64,000 nucleotides of DNA from Flavobacteriales bacterium (GCA_965183885.1 OZ238992.1:699159-763158), one strand, 5' to 3'. Shown: positions 1 through 11,193, counted from the stretch's first letter. Notes: a model not told the origin generated them from the sequence alone. Numbers and translations are program-made.

Positions 1-1930
1 CAGTAACTGTAACTGTATATGAACCTGGAGCTAAACTTGTTGCTACTGCTGTATTTTGTGTCGCACCATCATCCCATAAATAAGTAAAAGGACTAGTTCC
101 TGTAGGAGTTGCTGTTGCTGTACCATCATTTCCACTACAAGTTGTTTCTGCAGTAGAAGCTAATGAAATAGAAGGACCTGCTGAAGTAGCTCCACTATAT
201 GAAACACTTCCTGAAGTTGCCCCTGTTGAAGATACAGAAAAAGAACCTGAAGCACTACCAGAAGTACCAGACCCCATATAATAACGTACATATACTGTTG
301 TTGCACTAACAGTACCCGAAGTAGGTGCTATAGAAACTGAACTTGAGAAATTAATATCATCTAAAGAGTACTCTACATAAGTACCTCCACTAACTACTAA
401 GTTTGCTGTTAAGTTAGTACCCGAAACTGTTATTTGTTGTGAAGCTGAAGGTACATTTAAACAATTTGAAAATGCTGACAAATTCTCTACAACAGTTAAA
501 GCAGGGACAATTGGCATATTATTTTGAGCAAAAGAAAAGCCTGAAGTACCATTTCTTGAAGAAATATAATCTACTTTATTATCACCATCTATATCAAAGC
601 CCATTGAAGCTCCTCTTGTCAAACCATATCCTGAGGTAATAACAACTTTACTTACAAAAGAAGAGGAAGAAAGAGGAAGTGCATTATTTATATAAACCCA
701 TGATTTATCCCAAGATACACCTGAAACAACATCCAACTTACCATTTCCATTAAAATCGGCAACCGAAAGTACACCATCACCATCATTACTAACCGCTAAG
801 TCATAATGCGTTAAATCTGTAGAAGCAAATGAACCTGAAGAATACGTGTTTTCAAAAATATCTTGTCCTGAACAATAAATATCATTATCTCCATCTAGAT
901 CAAAATCAGCAACAATTACATCCTCTCCAATAGTAGAAGTAATTGTTATAGCACTAGCAAAACTAACTGAATTAATTGACGACGAATTAATATACACCTC
1001 AAGTGTATTTGTTCTACCAACTACAAAATCAGTTTTACCATCGTTATCTAAATCACCTACATCTAATCTGCTAAAAGAGGTAGATAGTGGTATTAAGTTT
1101 GCTGAACCAAAAGATGCTGTCCCTCCAGAAGTTGTATTTAAGAAAACAGCAACATTTGTCCAATTATTTGCGACTATATCAAGTAATCCATCACCATCAA
1201 TATCAGCCATTTTTGCGGTATTACCATTAACATTACTCATATCAATTTTTGTAGCAAAACTAACATTACCAATACCCGTTGAGTTATTTATTAATACACT
1301 AATAACAGAAGCTGATTGGGTAACAATATCCAATTTCCCATCAGCATTCATATCTGCACAATATATTGACTTAACACCACCACTAACAACAAAGTCAGTA
1401 CCAGCATCAAAACTATTCCCATCAACAGTACCTACGGCTGCAGTTGTATTTAAATGAACCTTAACAGCCCCAGTTCCAGAAACAGCAAGATCCGTTTTCC
1501 CATCACCATCAAAATCAGCTGCAGCAATTGTCATTTCTGAATTTGCAGAATTTTGTAAAGATGCAATAGTATTTACTGTTCCAAAATTACCTGCAGTTAT
1601 TGACTGTACAGCTATATCACTATTTATTACATGATAAGACACTCTTGATTGCGCAATCTTACCTCCTGTAATTACAGAAATCGGCTCATGTGTAGACCCC
1701 GAAGGTACTGTAACTGTTAAAGAAGTAGTTGTAGCTGCAGTAACTGTAGCTTTTGCTGCTCCAAAATACACAACATTGTTTGAAGCCGTAGCATCAAAAC
1801 CTGTACCTGTAATAGTAATAGCATCTCCTACTTCACCTGAAGTTGGGCTAAAGCTACTGATAGTTTGCGCACTTAACTGGCCAAAGGTGGCAACAATTAA
1901 CATGCTGAATACAATTAGTAATTTTTTCAT
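1..1930 (-). CDS. Large secreted cell-surface protein, N-terminal 643 codons only (continues past left edge): signal peptide, IPT/TIG-like domain, FG-GAP/VCBS propeller repeats, SprB-type repeat
   Basis: Absent from the ORF track because it has no stop in the window. Reverse-strand ATG at 1930-1928 gives MKKLLIVFSMLIVATFGQLSAQTISSFSPTSGEVGDAITITGTGFDA... I translated about 200 codons from the start and 40 at the left end by hand; both are in the same frame with no stops. Repeated D-x-D/N-x-DG-x-x-D loops occur (DFDGDGKTDL, DMNADGKLDI and at least five more ccatcaccatc-type sites). The last residues ...CSGNDGTATATPTGTSPFTYLWDDGATQNTAVATSLAPGSYTVTVT fit the SprB repeat pattern. Confidence 0.8.
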   Translation of the reverse strand, partial: MKKLLIVFSMLIVATFGQLSAQTISSFSPTSGEVGDAITITGTGFDATASNNVVYFGAAKATVTAATTTSLTVTVPSGSTHEPISVITGGKIAQSRVSYHVINSDIAVQSITAGNFGTVNTIASLQNSANSEMTIAAADFDGDGKTDLAVSGTGAVKVHLNTTAAVGTVDGNSFDAGTDFVVSGGVKSIYCADMNADGKLDIVTQSASVISVLINNSTGIGNVSFATKIDMSNVNGNTAKMADIDGDGLLDIVANNWTNVAVFLNTTSGGTASFGSANLIPLSTSFSRLDVGDLDNDGKTDFVVGRTNTLEVYINSSSINSVSFASAITITSTIGEDVIVADFDLDGDNDIYCSGQDIFENTYSSGSFASTDLTHYDLAVSNDGDGVLSVADFNGNGKLDVVSGVSWDKSWVYINNALPLSSSSFVSKVVITSGYGLTRGASMGFDIDGDNKVDYISSRNGTSGFSFAQNNMPIVPALTVVENLSAFSNCLNVPSASQQITVSGTNLTANLVVSGGTYVEYSLDDINFSSSVSIAPTSGTVSATTVYVRYYMGSGTSGSASGSFSVSSTGATSGSVSYSGATSAGPSISLASTAETTCSGNDGTATATPTGTSPFTYLWDDGATQNTAVATSLAPGSYTVTVT

Positions 1931-2220
1931 AATCTTTGTTTATTAAATATTTCCCACAAAGAAAAGAAAAAAATAATACAAATCAAAAATACTCACAAAA
2001 TTACTAACCCATACAAAACACCTATAAACATCTTGTTTTTAACACTATAGCTGTTTTTTTCTAAATAAAAAAATAGTTGTACAAACAAATAACCCAAAAT
2101 TATTGCCTCTTTTCACAATAAAAAAGCTTGCATTTTGTTAATAACATTCTGAAATTACAAGAACAAACCATGGCAAGTGTTTTTGATTTTGTTAAAAACT
2201 TGCAAAAAACAGTAAAAAAC

Positions 2221-2254
2221 AAACAAAAACTCGTTGTTTTTTGCGCAAAACAAC
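2221..2254 (-). terminator. Putative intrinsic terminator after the hydrolase/pdxJ unit
   Basis: On the minus strand, GTTGTTTT-gcgca-AAAACAAC forms an 8-bp stem (2234-2241 / 2247-2254) followed by a T-rich run (gagtttttgtttgtttttt). Confidence 0.5.
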
Positions 2255-2343
2255 AGAAAACCATTTGTTTTTTAAAAGAATTGTTTTCAACAAAATTAAA
2301 TGCAATTAGGACTTAACTGCCAAACAAACTGAAAACGAAACAC

Positions 2344-3114
2344 TTAGTCCAACAAACAGAAACCCATCACTTCGTTATAAAAAGCCTCAGGTTTTTGAGC
2401 ATGCAACCAATGCCCAGCACCCTCCAAAGTTGCAATACTAACATCAGTAAAAACACCATTAATAAGCGCCACATCATCACTGTTTATATAGTTAGAATCC
2501 CCTCCCCTTAAAAAATGAGTAGGAATATTTAAACTTCCTTTTATAAAGTCAGCCTCTTGGATATTTTTTATTTTCTCTAAAAGCACCTCAATATTAAAAC
2601 GCCAAGCAAATTTTTTATTTTCATCTCTAAATAAATTCTTCATTAAAAACAAACGCAAACTTGGCTCCTTAAAATAAGCCGAAAGCCCTAAATCTACTTC
2701 CGACCTACTACTATAAGCACTAAGATCCAAAGCAATTAATTTTTCTAATAAATTCTGATGAAAAGTAGTATCGTATATTCTTGGAGCAATATCAGCAACA
2801 ATAAGCTTACTTATTATATTAGGATAAGTAAAAGCAAATTTCATTGCCACCTTTCCTCCCAAAGAGTGCCCCAAAATAATTGGCTTTACTAAATTATGAT
2901 CTTCAATATACTCTAAAACATCAGCACACATCACCTCATAATTAAAAGCATCATCATGCGGAGAACGCCCATGATTCCTTAAATCAATTAAATGTACATT
3001 AGTATATTTTGCAAATTGTTTTCCTAAAGTATTCCAGTTATCACTCATCCCAAATAAACCATGAATAACAATAAGTGGCTGCCCACTTCCATATATTTTT
3101 GAATGTAATTTCAT
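2344..3114 (-). CDS. Alpha/beta-fold hydrolase (YbfF-like esterase)
   Basis: 256 aa with HGLFG near the N-terminus, nucleophile elbow GHSLGG and C-terminal GAGHW. Its start overlaps the pdxJ stop by 1 nt (TAATG). Confidence 0.85.
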   Translation of the reverse strand: MKLHSKIYGSGQPLIVIHGLFGMSDNWNTLGKQFAKYTNVHLIDLRNHGRSPHDDAFNYEVMCADVLEYIEDHNLVKPIILGHSLGGKVAMKFAFTYPNIISKLIVADIAPRIYDTTFHQNLLEKLIALDLSAYSSRSEVDLGLSAYFKEPSLRLFLMKNLFRDENKKFAWRFNIEVLLEKIKNIQEADFIKGSLNIPTHFLRGGDSNYINSDDVALINGVFTDVSIATLEGAGHWLHAQKPEAFYNEVMGFCLLD

Positions 3115-3824
3115 TATAATAAGTCTTTATACTTTTGGATAGTAGTCTCCAAGCCCAGATACAAGGCATCCGAAATTAAAGCATGACCAATAGACACCTC
3201 ATCCAAATTTGGAATATTAGCCGAAAAATATTCTAGATTATCCAAATTTAAGTCATGCCCAGCGTTAATCCCTAAACCCAACTCAACTGCCTTAGCAGCA
3301 GCCCTAATATAAGGAGCTATTGCCTCTTCCTTATTATTTACAAAACCATCTGCATAATTTTCGGTATACAACTCTATACGATCAGCACCACATAAGCTTG
3401 CCCCCTTTACCATTTCAACATCAGGGTCAACAAAAATTGAAGTCCTAATCCCCAATGCTTTAAAGTCAGCTATTATTGCTTTCAGATATTCTTGATGTTT
3501 AACAGTATCCCAACCCGCACAAGAAGTCAACACATCAGGCCCATCAGGAACTAAAGTTACTTGCTCTGGCTTCACCTCCATCACCAACTGTATAAAATCA
3601 TCCGAAGGGTAACCTTCAATATTATATTCCGTGCTAATCACTGGTTTTATTGCAAACACATCCTTTTTAGTAATATGCCTTTCATCTGGCCTTGGATGTA
3701 TTGTAATTCCATCAGCACCAAATTTCTGACATTTTACTGCAGCAGTAAGCACAGAAGGCAACTCTCCACCCCTAGCATTACGGATAGTCGCAATTTTATT
3801 AATATTTACACTCAATTTTGTCAT
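3114..3824 (-). CDS. pdxJ: Pyridoxine 5'-phosphate synthase
   Basis: 236 aa. LSVNINKIATIRNARGG, GITIHPRPDERH and the GHALISDAL tail are typical of PdxJ. Confidence 0.93.
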   Translation of the reverse strand: MTKLSVNINKIATIRNARGGELPSVLTAAVKCQKFGADGITIHPRPDERHITKKDVFAIKPVISTEYNIEGYPSDDFIQLVMEVKPEQVTLVPDGPDVLTSCAGWDTVKHQEYLKAIIADFKALGIRTSIFVDPDVEMVKGASLCGADRIELYTENYADGFVNNKEEAIAPYIRAAAKAVELGLGINAGHDLNLDNLEYFSANIPNLDEVSIGHALISDALYLGLETTIQKYKDLL

Positions 3825-3859
3825 AAGCAGATACTTTAACGTTTATTAATACAAGTGCA

Positions 3860-3867
3860 CAAAGATA
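3860..3867 (-). promoter_or_regulatory. Bacteroidota -7 box (TAtcTTTG) for pdxJ
   Basis: Plus-strand caaagata is TATCTTTG on the minus strand, 35 nt upstream of the pdxJ ATG. Confidence 0.5.
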
Positions 3868-4041
3868 TAGATAATAAACAACAACTAGGTAGTAAGATAT
3901 AAGACAGCTATACTTTTAAAACAGAGATAATAAAAAGAATAGAAAACTAAGCACAAGCACTTAATACTGAAATTTGGAACTGCAACAACAACTAGCAATT
4001 AAAAACCGGCAACTAAAAACTAACAACTAATAAGTAATGTT

Positions 4042-4049
4042 TATGTTTG
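4042..4049 (+). promoter_or_regulatory. -7 box (TAtgTTTG) immediately before the CBS-protein ATG
   Basis: TATGTTTG at 4042-4049, with only 4 nt before the ATG at 4054. Confidence 0.5.
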
Positions 4050-4053
4050 TCCT

Positions 4054-4713
4054 ATGCAAGCAAGCGAATTAATATCATCATCCTTAATACCACTACACCC
4101 AAATGATAGCGGAACAAAAGCTTTGTCATTAATGGATGAACTAAGGGTGAATCACCTTGCAGTAGTACACGACACTAATTATTTAGGGATACTCTCCGAA
4201 AAAGAGATCCTAAACTGGAACAACACAGAAGAACTTATTAAGGAACACCTTTCTGAATTGTCAGGCCCAAGCATATTAGAAACACAGCATTTTTTTGATA
4301 TTATACAAATTGCAGAAGCTAATAACCTAAGTGTTATCCCTATTTTAAATGACAAGAAACAATACCTAGGCGCTATTACCAATAGAAAACTACTTTACCA
4401 AATTGCAAAAAGTACAGGTATACAAAGTAAAGGAGGATTACTTGTATTAAAAATGAAACAAACTGATTATAGTATGAGTGAAATTTCCAGAATTATTGAA
4501 TCGAACAACACTAAAATACTAAGCTCCCACATTAACCCAGTTAGCAACCTAGAAATTGAACTTACTTTAAAACTTAATAAAGTCAATATCACTGCTATTG
4601 TAAAAGATTTTGAACGATTTGGATATACTATTTCAGCAACCTTTAACCAAAATGACAATAACAACGATTACTTTGACAGGTACGAGTCTTTAATGCGATT
4701 TTTAAACCCCTAA
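4054..4713 (+). CDS. CBS-pair domain protein
   Basis: 219 aa with no signal peptide. Two CBS-like segments are present (HLAVVHDTNYLGILSEKEIL and LSVIPILNDKKQYLGAITNRKLL). A 2-nt gap separates it from the next gene. Confidence 0.75.
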   Translation: MQASELISSSLIPLHPNDSGTKALSLMDELRVNHLAVVHDTNYLGILSEKEILNWNNTEELIKEHLSELSGPSILETQHFFDIIQIAEANNLSVIPILNDKKQYLGAITNRKLLYQIAKSTGIQSKGGLLVLKMKQTDYSMSEISRIIESNNTKILSSHINPVSNLEIELTLKLNKVNITAIVKDFERFGYTISATFNQNDNNNDYFDRYESLMRFLNP

Positions 4714-4715
4714 TA

Positions 4716-6104
4716 ATGAAAAAAACTCTATTATTTTTATTTTTCTGCTCGCTACTAAGCTCAATATCAGCCCAAGAGCTTCTTAAAATTAGCTCTATCA
4801 CTATTAAAGGAAACAGTAAAACCAAAGAAAGCATTATTCATCGCGAGCTTTCATTTGCAGCAGGATCAAAAATCTCACCTGAAGACCTAGCACTTCAAAT
4901 AAATACAAGTAAAGCAAACCTTACCAACCTAAAACTTTTTAATTTTATTGACATAACAAGCAAAAACAATAATAACACTGTCGACATAACAATAAATCTA
5001 GTTGAAAGATGGTACATCTGGCCCTATCCTATTTTTGAAATATCCGATCGTAATTTTAACAGTTGGTGGAAAGAATTTCAAGCGTCAAATTATAGTGATT
5101 TTTCTCATCTTAATTATGGGGTGTTTTTTAATTGGGAAAACTTTAGAGGACGAAATGAACTTCTAAAAATTAAAATAAGACGAGGATTTAAAGAACATTA
5201 CCTATTTTCTTACAAAATGCCCTATCTTAATAAATCCAAAACTCTTGGAATAAGTACAGACCTACAACTCTTTAGAAGAAAAAGCACATTTTACAACACT
5301 ATTAATAATAAGCTAGAATACTATAAAAATGACAATAACTATACAAGCAAAGATTACGCCGCAATAACACAACTTAGTTATAGGAAAGGACTGCACCAAA
5401 CTCACACCCTAAAGTTTAGCTATTTTAATTCTATTATAGACAAAAATATTACAACCCTTAACCCTAACTATTTAGGGAACAATAAGGATAAAGCTTATTA
5501 TTTTAGACTAGGTTACCAAACTATCTATGAAAAAAGAGACAATAGCACCTACCCTCTTCAGGGACACTTTTTAAGTTTTTCAATAAATAAATACTTTAAA
5601 GGCTCAACTAGTACAGATCATTTATCAGCTTCATTCAAAGCTGAAAAACACTTTAATTTAAGACCAAAACTTTACTTAGGAAGCAGCTTTAAAGCAAAAA
5701 CAAGTACAGAAGGAAAGCAACCTTACCATACTCAAAAAGCATTAGGCTTTGATGATTATATAAGAGGATATGAATATTATGTAGTAGATGGGCAGCAGTA
5801 TTGGCTTAGCAAATCAGCCTTAAAATACGCTATAATTGAAAAAACAAATTTCAATATTCCCTACCTTAAAATGAAGCAATTCAACAAATCATATTACTCT
5901 TTATATATTTCAATTTTTTCTGATTTGGGCTATGTTAAAAACAATGAATTACAGCCTTCCAATACATTAAACAATTCCTTGCTTTGGAGCAAAGGTATTG
6001 GGCTTGATTATGTAACTTATTACGATAAATTATTAAGAATTGAATATTCTATTAACCATTTAGGAGAAAAAGGAGTATTTTTACACTTTTCAAATCCGTT
6101 TTAA
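4716..6104 (+). CDS. Omp85/BamA-family outer-membrane protein (single POTRA + barrel)
   Basis: 462 aa. Signal peptide ends ...SISAQ; POTRA-like ITIKGNSKTKESIIHRELSFAAGSKI; C-terminal aromatic end ...LHFSNPF. Confidence 0.75.
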   Translation: MKKTLLFLFFCSLLSSISAQELLKISSITIKGNSKTKESIIHRELSFAAGSKISPEDLALQINTSKANLTNLKLFNFIDITSKNNNNTVDITINLVERWYIWPYPIFEISDRNFNSWWKEFQASNYSDFSHLNYGVFFNWENFRGRNELLKIKIRRGFKEHYLFSYKMPYLNKSKTLGISTDLQLFRRKSTFYNTINNKLEYYKNDNNYTSKDYAAITQLSYRKGLHQTHTLKFSYFNSIIDKNITTLNPNYLGNNKDKAYYFRLGYQTIYEKRDNSTYPLQGHFLSFSINKYFKGSTSTDHLSASFKAEKHFNLRPKLYLGSSFKAKTSTEGKQPYHTQKALGFDDYIRGYEYYVVDGQQYWLSKSALKYAIIEKTNFNIPYLKMKQFNKSYYSLYISIFSDLGYVKNNELQPSNTLNNSLLWSKGIGLDYVTYYDKLLRIEYSINHLGEKGVFLHFSNPF

Positions 6105-6107
6105 ATT

Positions 6108-6986
6108 ATGCAAATAGCCTTATTTGGAAGCCCATTTTCAGAGCATTTTACCAAGTACATACAACACTTAGTAAAAAAACTAGAAGCTGAACATATTCAA
6201 ATTTTTGTAGAAGAAGAGTTTAATGTTTTTTTACAAAATAACATTCGGTTCAACAAAAAAGTACGCACTTTTAACAGCTATGAAACCCTAAAAGGAAAAG
6301 TTGATTTCCTATTTAGTATTGGAGGCGACGGAACACTACTAAAAGCTGTAACTTATGTACGTGAGTCAGAAATTCCAATTATGGGAATTAACACAGGAAG
6401 ATTAGGATTTATATCTAGTATATCAGCGGCTCAAATTGATGACGCTGTAAATGATATTATGAAAGGAAACTACACTATTAATGAACGAACATTATTAGAA
6501 CTTCACACTAACAAAGGCCTTTTTAAAGAAAAGAATTTTGCATTAAATGAGGTAGCAGTTTCCAAAAAAGATACTTCATCAATGATTAGAATAGATGCTT
6601 TTGTTGATGATGAATTTTTAAACACCTATTGGGCTGACGGACTAGTCGTTTCCACCCCTACAGGATCAACAGGGTATTCACTAAGCTGTGGAGGGCCTAT
6701 AATTATGCCAGGAACAAACAACATAATTATTACTCCAAATGCTCCTCACAATTTAAATGTACGCCCTATCGTTATTGACGACAATAGTGTTATAAAACTT
6801 AAAGTTGAAGACAGGGACCAATTAGCCTTAGTATCATTGGATTCTCGATCAAGAGCTTTTGATTCGGAAACGGAACTAATTATTAAAAAAGCAAGCTTTA
6901 AAATTAAACTAGTACAACCACAAAATAATAGCTTCACCACTACCATAAGACACAAATTAATGTGGGGATTGGATAAAAGAGGCTAA
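6108..6986 (+). CDS. nadK: NAD kinase
   Basis: 292 aa with GGDGTLL and STPTGSTGYSLSCGGPI motifs. Confidence 0.92.
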   Translation: MQIALFGSPFSEHFTKYIQHLVKKLEAEHIQIFVEEEFNVFLQNNIRFNKKVRTFNSYETLKGKVDFLFSIGGDGTLLKAVTYVRESEIPIMGINTGRLGFISSISAAQIDDAVNDIMKGNYTINERTLLELHTNKGLFKEKNFALNEVAVSKKDTSSMIRIDAFVDDEFLNTYWADGLVVSTPTGSTGYSLSCGGPIIMPGTNNIIITPNAPHNLNVRPIVIDDNSVIKLKVEDRDQLALVSLDSRSRAFDSETELIIKKASFKIKLVQPQNNSFTTTIRHKLMWGLDKRG

Positions 6987-7013
6987 TAATCACATCATAA
7001 CACTACAAATAAG

Positions 7014-7021
7014 TATATTTG
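7014..7021 (+). promoter_or_regulatory. -7 box (TAtaTTTG)
   Basis: TATATTTG lies 17 nt upstream of the ATG at 7039. Confidence 0.5.
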
Positions 7022-7038
7022 CAAATTATTGATATATC

Positions 7039-7896
7039 ATGATTATGAAAAGCTATATTTTACCCGTACAAAAAGTTAAAACTCTACTGCTATTAATTAG
7101 CTTTATTACCCTAGGGTTTAGTGCAAATGCACAATACAAAACAAATACTGAAATTGGCGTATTAGGTGGTACCTCGTATTATTTAGGAGATTTAAACACA
7201 ACCCACTTTAGCCAAAGTAGTGCCGTTGCAGGACTTGTATTTAGAAAGAATATTGACAGAAGAATTACTTATAAAGCTGAGTTATTATACCTCAATGTAA
7301 AAGCTGATGATTTAAACAATACAGGAGATACTATTGCTGAAGACAGACAGCTACACTTCAAATCAGCAATATATGAACTTTCAGGACAAATAGAATTTAA
7401 TTTTTTACCTTACGAAACTGGAAACTCTTTATACCCTTGGACTCCTTTTATTTACGGCGGATTTTCAATGTTTGCTTTTAATCCAAAAGCTGAAAACAAA
7501 GAAGGGCAATGGGTTGACCTACAACCTTTAGGAACAGAAGGACAAGGAACAACTTCATTCCCTAATAGAGATAAATATGCTTTAACCCAATTTGCAATAG
7601 CTATGGGTGGTGGATTTAAAATTGCTGTAGGAGAAAGTTTCAATATCATACTTGAATATGGAACTCGTAAAACCTTTACAGATTACCTTGATGATGTAAG
7701 TACTACCTACCCTGGTGCATCAGTACTACAGGCTGAATACGGAAATAATGCCGCTAACCAAATGTCAGACCCAACAGGAACACATCAACTTGGAGGAGAT
7801 CAAAGAGGTAATCCTGATAAAAAAGACTGGTATTCTTATGCAGGAATTACACTTTCCTTTAAGTTAAGAAACGACACAAAAGGTTGCAATTACTAA
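7039..7896 (+). CDS. Outer-membrane beta-barrel protein of unknown function
   Basis: 285 aa. Signal peptide ends ...FSANAQ, with an alternating-strand pattern and a C-terminal ITLSFKL strand. The start could be ATG 7039 or 7045. Any family name (DUF6089-like) is from memory only. Confidence 0.6.
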   Translation: MIMKSYILPVQKVKTLLLLISFITLGFSANAQYKTNTEIGVLGGTSYYLGDLNTTHFSQSSAVAGLVFRKNIDRRITYKAELLYLNVKADDLNNTGDTIAEDRQLHFKSAIYELSGQIEFNFLPYETGNSLYPWTPFIYGGFSMFAFNPKAENKEGQWVDLQPLGTEGQGTTSFPNRDKYALTQFAIAMGGGFKIAVGESFNIILEYGTRKTFTDYLDDVSTTYPGASVLQAEYGNNAANQMSDPTGTHQLGGDQRGNPDKKDWYSYAGITLSFKLRNDTKGCNY

Positions 7897-7920
7897 ACAA
7901 AGTACCCGCAACAAGACTGA

Positions 7921-8643
7921 ATGGAAAGCATAGATAAAAATAAATTACCTAAACACATAGCTATTACCATGGATGGTAATGGGAGATGGGCAAAAACAAA
8001 GGGAAAACTTAGAGTTTTTGGACATCAAAACGGTGTAAAAGCAGTACGAGATACCGTAGAAGCTGCTGCTGAAATTGGGATTGAATATTTAACATTATAT
8101 GCATTTTCAACTGAAAACTGGAACCGACCAGCAACAGAAGTAAATGCCTTAATGACACTGTTAGTTTCTGCAATAAATAAAGAAACTAAAACTTTAATGG
8201 ATAATAATATCCGTTTAAGTACCATTGGAGATATAGAGCAACTCCCTAAAAAAGCACAAAAAGAATTAGCTGAAGCTATTGAAAAAACTAAAGACAATAC
8301 AAGAATGACCCTAGTACTTGCTCTAAGCTACAGCAGTAGATGGGAAATACTAAATGCCGTAAAAAACATAGTAAAAGATAAAATTGATATAGATACAATT
8401 AATGAAGCAACATTTCAGCAATATCTTACTACAAAAAGCGTTCCTGACCCTGAATTATTAATAAGAACAAGTGGTGAACACCGTATAAGTAATTTTTTAC
8501 TTTGGCAAATTGCTTATACCGAACTGTATTTTACCGATACACTTTGGCCCGACTTTAGGAAAAGTGATTTGGAAAAAGCAATATTAGATTATCAGCAAAG
8601 AGAAAGACGATTTGGAAAAACAACTGAACAAATACATGCCTAA
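7921..8643 (+). CDS. uppS: Undecaprenyl-diphosphate synthase (cis-isoprenyl transferase)
   Basis: 240 aa with [13 protein letters not shown] and [23 protein letters not shown]. Confidence 0.93.
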   Translation: MESIDKNKLPKHIAITMDGNGRWAKTKGKLRVFGHQNGVKAVRDTVEAAAEIGIEYLTLYAFSTENWNRPATEVNALMTLLVSAINKETKTLMDNNIRLSTIGDIEQLPKKAQKELAEAIEKTKDNTRMTLVLALSYSSRWEILNAVKNIVKDKIDIDTINEATFQQYLTTKSVPDPELLIRTSGEHRISNFLLWQIAYTELYFTDTLWPDFRKSDLEKAILDYQQRERRFGKTTEQIHA

Positions 8644-11161
8644 AATTTTGAATAAAATAGCAACACTTATCATCTGCTTACTTGCCTTTAGCAGTAATGC
8701 ACAAACAATTGAAGAAATTGATTATTCCAATCCTAAAAGCTATGAAATTGGAGGCATAACCGTTAGTGGTGCTGATCATTTAAATGACAATACCTTAATT
8801 GCAATATCTGGGCTAGTAGTTGGAGAGAAAATCCAAATTCCTAGTGACAATATTAGCTTTGCTATTACTAAACTCTGGAAACAAGGACTATTTGCTGATG
8901 TCAATATCAGTATTGAAAAAATTACTGGAGATATTGTTTACTTAAATATTAATTTAAAAGAACACAGCAGGTTATCTAAGTTTAAATTTAAAGGGAAAGT
9001 CAGTAAGTCTGACATCACTTCTTTAAAAGAAGAATTAGGTTTAATGAGAGGTAAAATACTAACTAATAACTTAATTAATAATAGCGTTAACACTATTAAA
9101 ACCTATTTTATTAATAAAGGATTCCTAAACATTACAGTAGGGCATTCTACAACTGTTGATTCTGCAACTGCCAACTCCAAAAATCTTATCTTTAACATTA
9201 ACAAAGGTGAAAAAGTTAAGATAAAAGAGATTATTGTTAAAGGAAGAACTAAAGTCCTAAATCCTAAAAAAACATTCTTCAATAGGAAAGATACTGTTTA
9301 TGCTTTAAGCAATCGTAAGCTTAAAAAAAGTATGAAAGAAACAAAGGTTAAAAACTTCTGGCGCATCTTTAAGGTATCTAAGTTTATTTCCTCAAATTAC
9401 AAAGATGACAAGGAGAATATAATTGCTAAATATAATGAAATTGGTTACAGAGATGCTCGTATCATTGCTGATACAACTTATCTTAATAATGATAACACCT
9501 TAACCATAGAACTAACGATTGATGAAGGAGAAACATATACATTTGGAAGCATCAATTTTGCTGGAAACACCGTTTACAATAACGATGAACTTAATAAACA
9601 GCTTGGGATAAAAGAAGGAAGTGTATTCGATCAATCTATACTTGATGCACGTTTATTTGGGAGTCCTGACGGGAATGATATTAGCTCTCTTTATCTTGAT
9701 AATGGTTATTTATTTTTTAACGCAACTCCTGTTGAGATAGCTGCCGACAATAGAGAAATTGATTTAGAAATTAGAGTATACGAAGGAAAGCAAGCAAGGA
9801 TAAACAAGGTAGGGATTACTGGAAATACAAAAACAAATGACCATGTTATTATGCGAGAAATTCGTACTAGACCTGGTGACTTATTTAAGCGATCAGACAT
9901 TATGCGATCACAAAGGGAGCTTGCTCAAATGCCATTTTTTGATGCAGAAAGGTTTGACGTAAAAGTAGAACCAGATCCTGTAAGAAATGAAGTAGATATC
10001 ACTTATGTACTATCTGAAAAATCATCTGACCAAATCCAATTACAAGGAGGCTGGGGTGCCGGAAGAATTGTTGGGTCATTAGGATTAACTTTTGACAATT
10101 TTTCAACTAAGAATTTCTTTAAAAGAGATAAATGGTCTCCACTACCATCTGGAGATGGGCAACGTTTATCCTTATCAGCATCTTCTAACGGAATTTATTA
10201 TCAAAACTACAACCTATCCTTTACTGAACCTTGGTTAGGAGGTAAAAAACCACAATCATTAACAGTTTCTTTATACAGATCTATCTCATCAAACGGACAA
10301 AGTGGCGATAATAGAGAAGCAATAGAAATTACAGGACTAACACTAGGATTAGGAAAACGATTAAAATATCCTGATGATTTCTTTACAATCTATAATGCAA
10401 TTAATTTTCAGCAATATAAACTTATTAATTCGCAATCATTCTTCTCATTTAAAAATGGGTATTCTAACAATATTAACTTTAATACTGTTATCAGCAGAAA
10501 CTCAGTTGATCAATTAACATTCCCAAGAAGAGGAGCAAATATATCTTTAGGGTTAAAAATTACTCCTCCCTACTCATTATTTGACGGAATAGCAGACTAC
10601 AGCACAGTAAGTGATCAAGAAAAATATGAGTTCATTGAGTACTACAAATGGAACTTTAAATCATCATGGTATTCTGCATTTACTGACAAACTTATACTTG
10701 CTACAAGAATAGAAATGGGACTTTTAGGAGCTTATAACAATAACCTAGGAATAGCACCTTTTGAAAGATTTTATCTTGGAGGAGACGGGCTAAGCGGAAT
10801 GGGAATGGTATTTGACGGTAGAGAGCTAATTGCATTAAGAGGGTATAGTAACAATTCAGTATCTTCACAAACTGGATCTACAATTTACAGTAAATACACT
10901 TCTGAATTAAGATATGCTTTAAGCTTAAACCCTAGCTCTACCATGTATGCTTTAGCATTTGTAGAAGGAGGAAATGCATGGGATAATTTTGACAATTTTA
11001 ACCCATTTGGAGTAAAACGTTCAGCAGGATTTGGAGTTAGAATCATGCTTCCTATGATAGGAATGATGGGCTTAGATTATGGTTGGGGGCTAGATGACAT
11101 CCCTGGAAATCCTAATGCAAATGGCGGACAATTTCATTTCTCTATAGGTCAACAATTTTAA
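8636..11161 (+). CDS. bamA: Outer-membrane protein assembly factor BamA
   Basis: I moved the start from the track's 8612 to ATG 8636 ([23 protein letters not shown] signal peptide; 8-nt overlap with uppS). It has a long POTRA region plus an Omp85 barrel, ending ...[12 protein letters not shown]. Confidence 0.9.
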   Translation: MPKILNKIATLIICLLAFSSNAQTIEEIDYSNPKSYEIGGITVSGADHLNDNTLIAISGLVVGEKIQIPSDNISFAITKLWKQGLFADVNISIEKITGDIVYLNINLKEHSRLSKFKFKGKVSKSDITSLKEELGLMRGKILTNNLINNSVNTIKTYFINKGFLNITVGHSTTVDSATANSKNLIFNINKGEKVKIKEIIVKGRTKVLNPKKTFFNRKDTVYALSNRKLKKSMKETKVKNFWRIFKVSKFISSNYKDDKENIIAKYNEIGYRDARIIADTTYLNNDNTLTIELTIDEGETYTFGSINFAGNTVYNNDELNKQLGIKEGSVFDQSILDARLFGSPDGNDISSLYLDNGYLFFNATPVEIAADNREIDLEIRVYEGKQARINKVGITGNTKTNDHVIMREIRTRPGDLFKRSDIMRSQRELAQMPFFDAERFDVKVEPDPVRNEVDITYVLSEKSSDQIQLQGGWGAGRIVGSLGLTFDNFSTKNFFKRDKWSPLPSGDGQRLSLSASSNGIYYQNYNLSFTEPWLGGKKPQSLTVSLYRSISSNGQSGDNREAIEITGLTLGLGKRLKYPDDFFTIYNAINFQQYKLINSQSFFSFKNGYSNNINFNTVISRNSVDQLTFPRRGANISLGLKITPPYSLFDGIADYSTVSDQEKYEFIEYYKWNFKSSWYSAFTDKLILATRIEMGLLGAYNNNLGIAPFERFYLGGDGLSGMGMVFDGRELIALRGYSNNSVSSQTGSTIYSKYTSELRYALSLNPSSTMYALAFVEGGNAWDNFDNFNPFGVKRSAGFGVRIMLPMIGMMGLDYGWGLDDIPGNPNANGGQFHFSIGQQF

Positions 11162-11193
11162 TTATATTTGTAAACTGAAAAAACAATCATATT

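Noticed and set aside
439-639. A 66-aa plus-strand ORF.
   Set aside because: It is antisense to the large FG-GAP/SprB surface-protein gene that occupies 1-1930.
2128-2316. A 62-aa TTG-initiated ORF in the 413-bp intergenic region.
   Set aside because: It runs opposite to both neighbours and spans what reads as a minus-strand terminator and promoter region. It is Lys/Gln/Phe-rich from A/T runs, with no -7 box in front.
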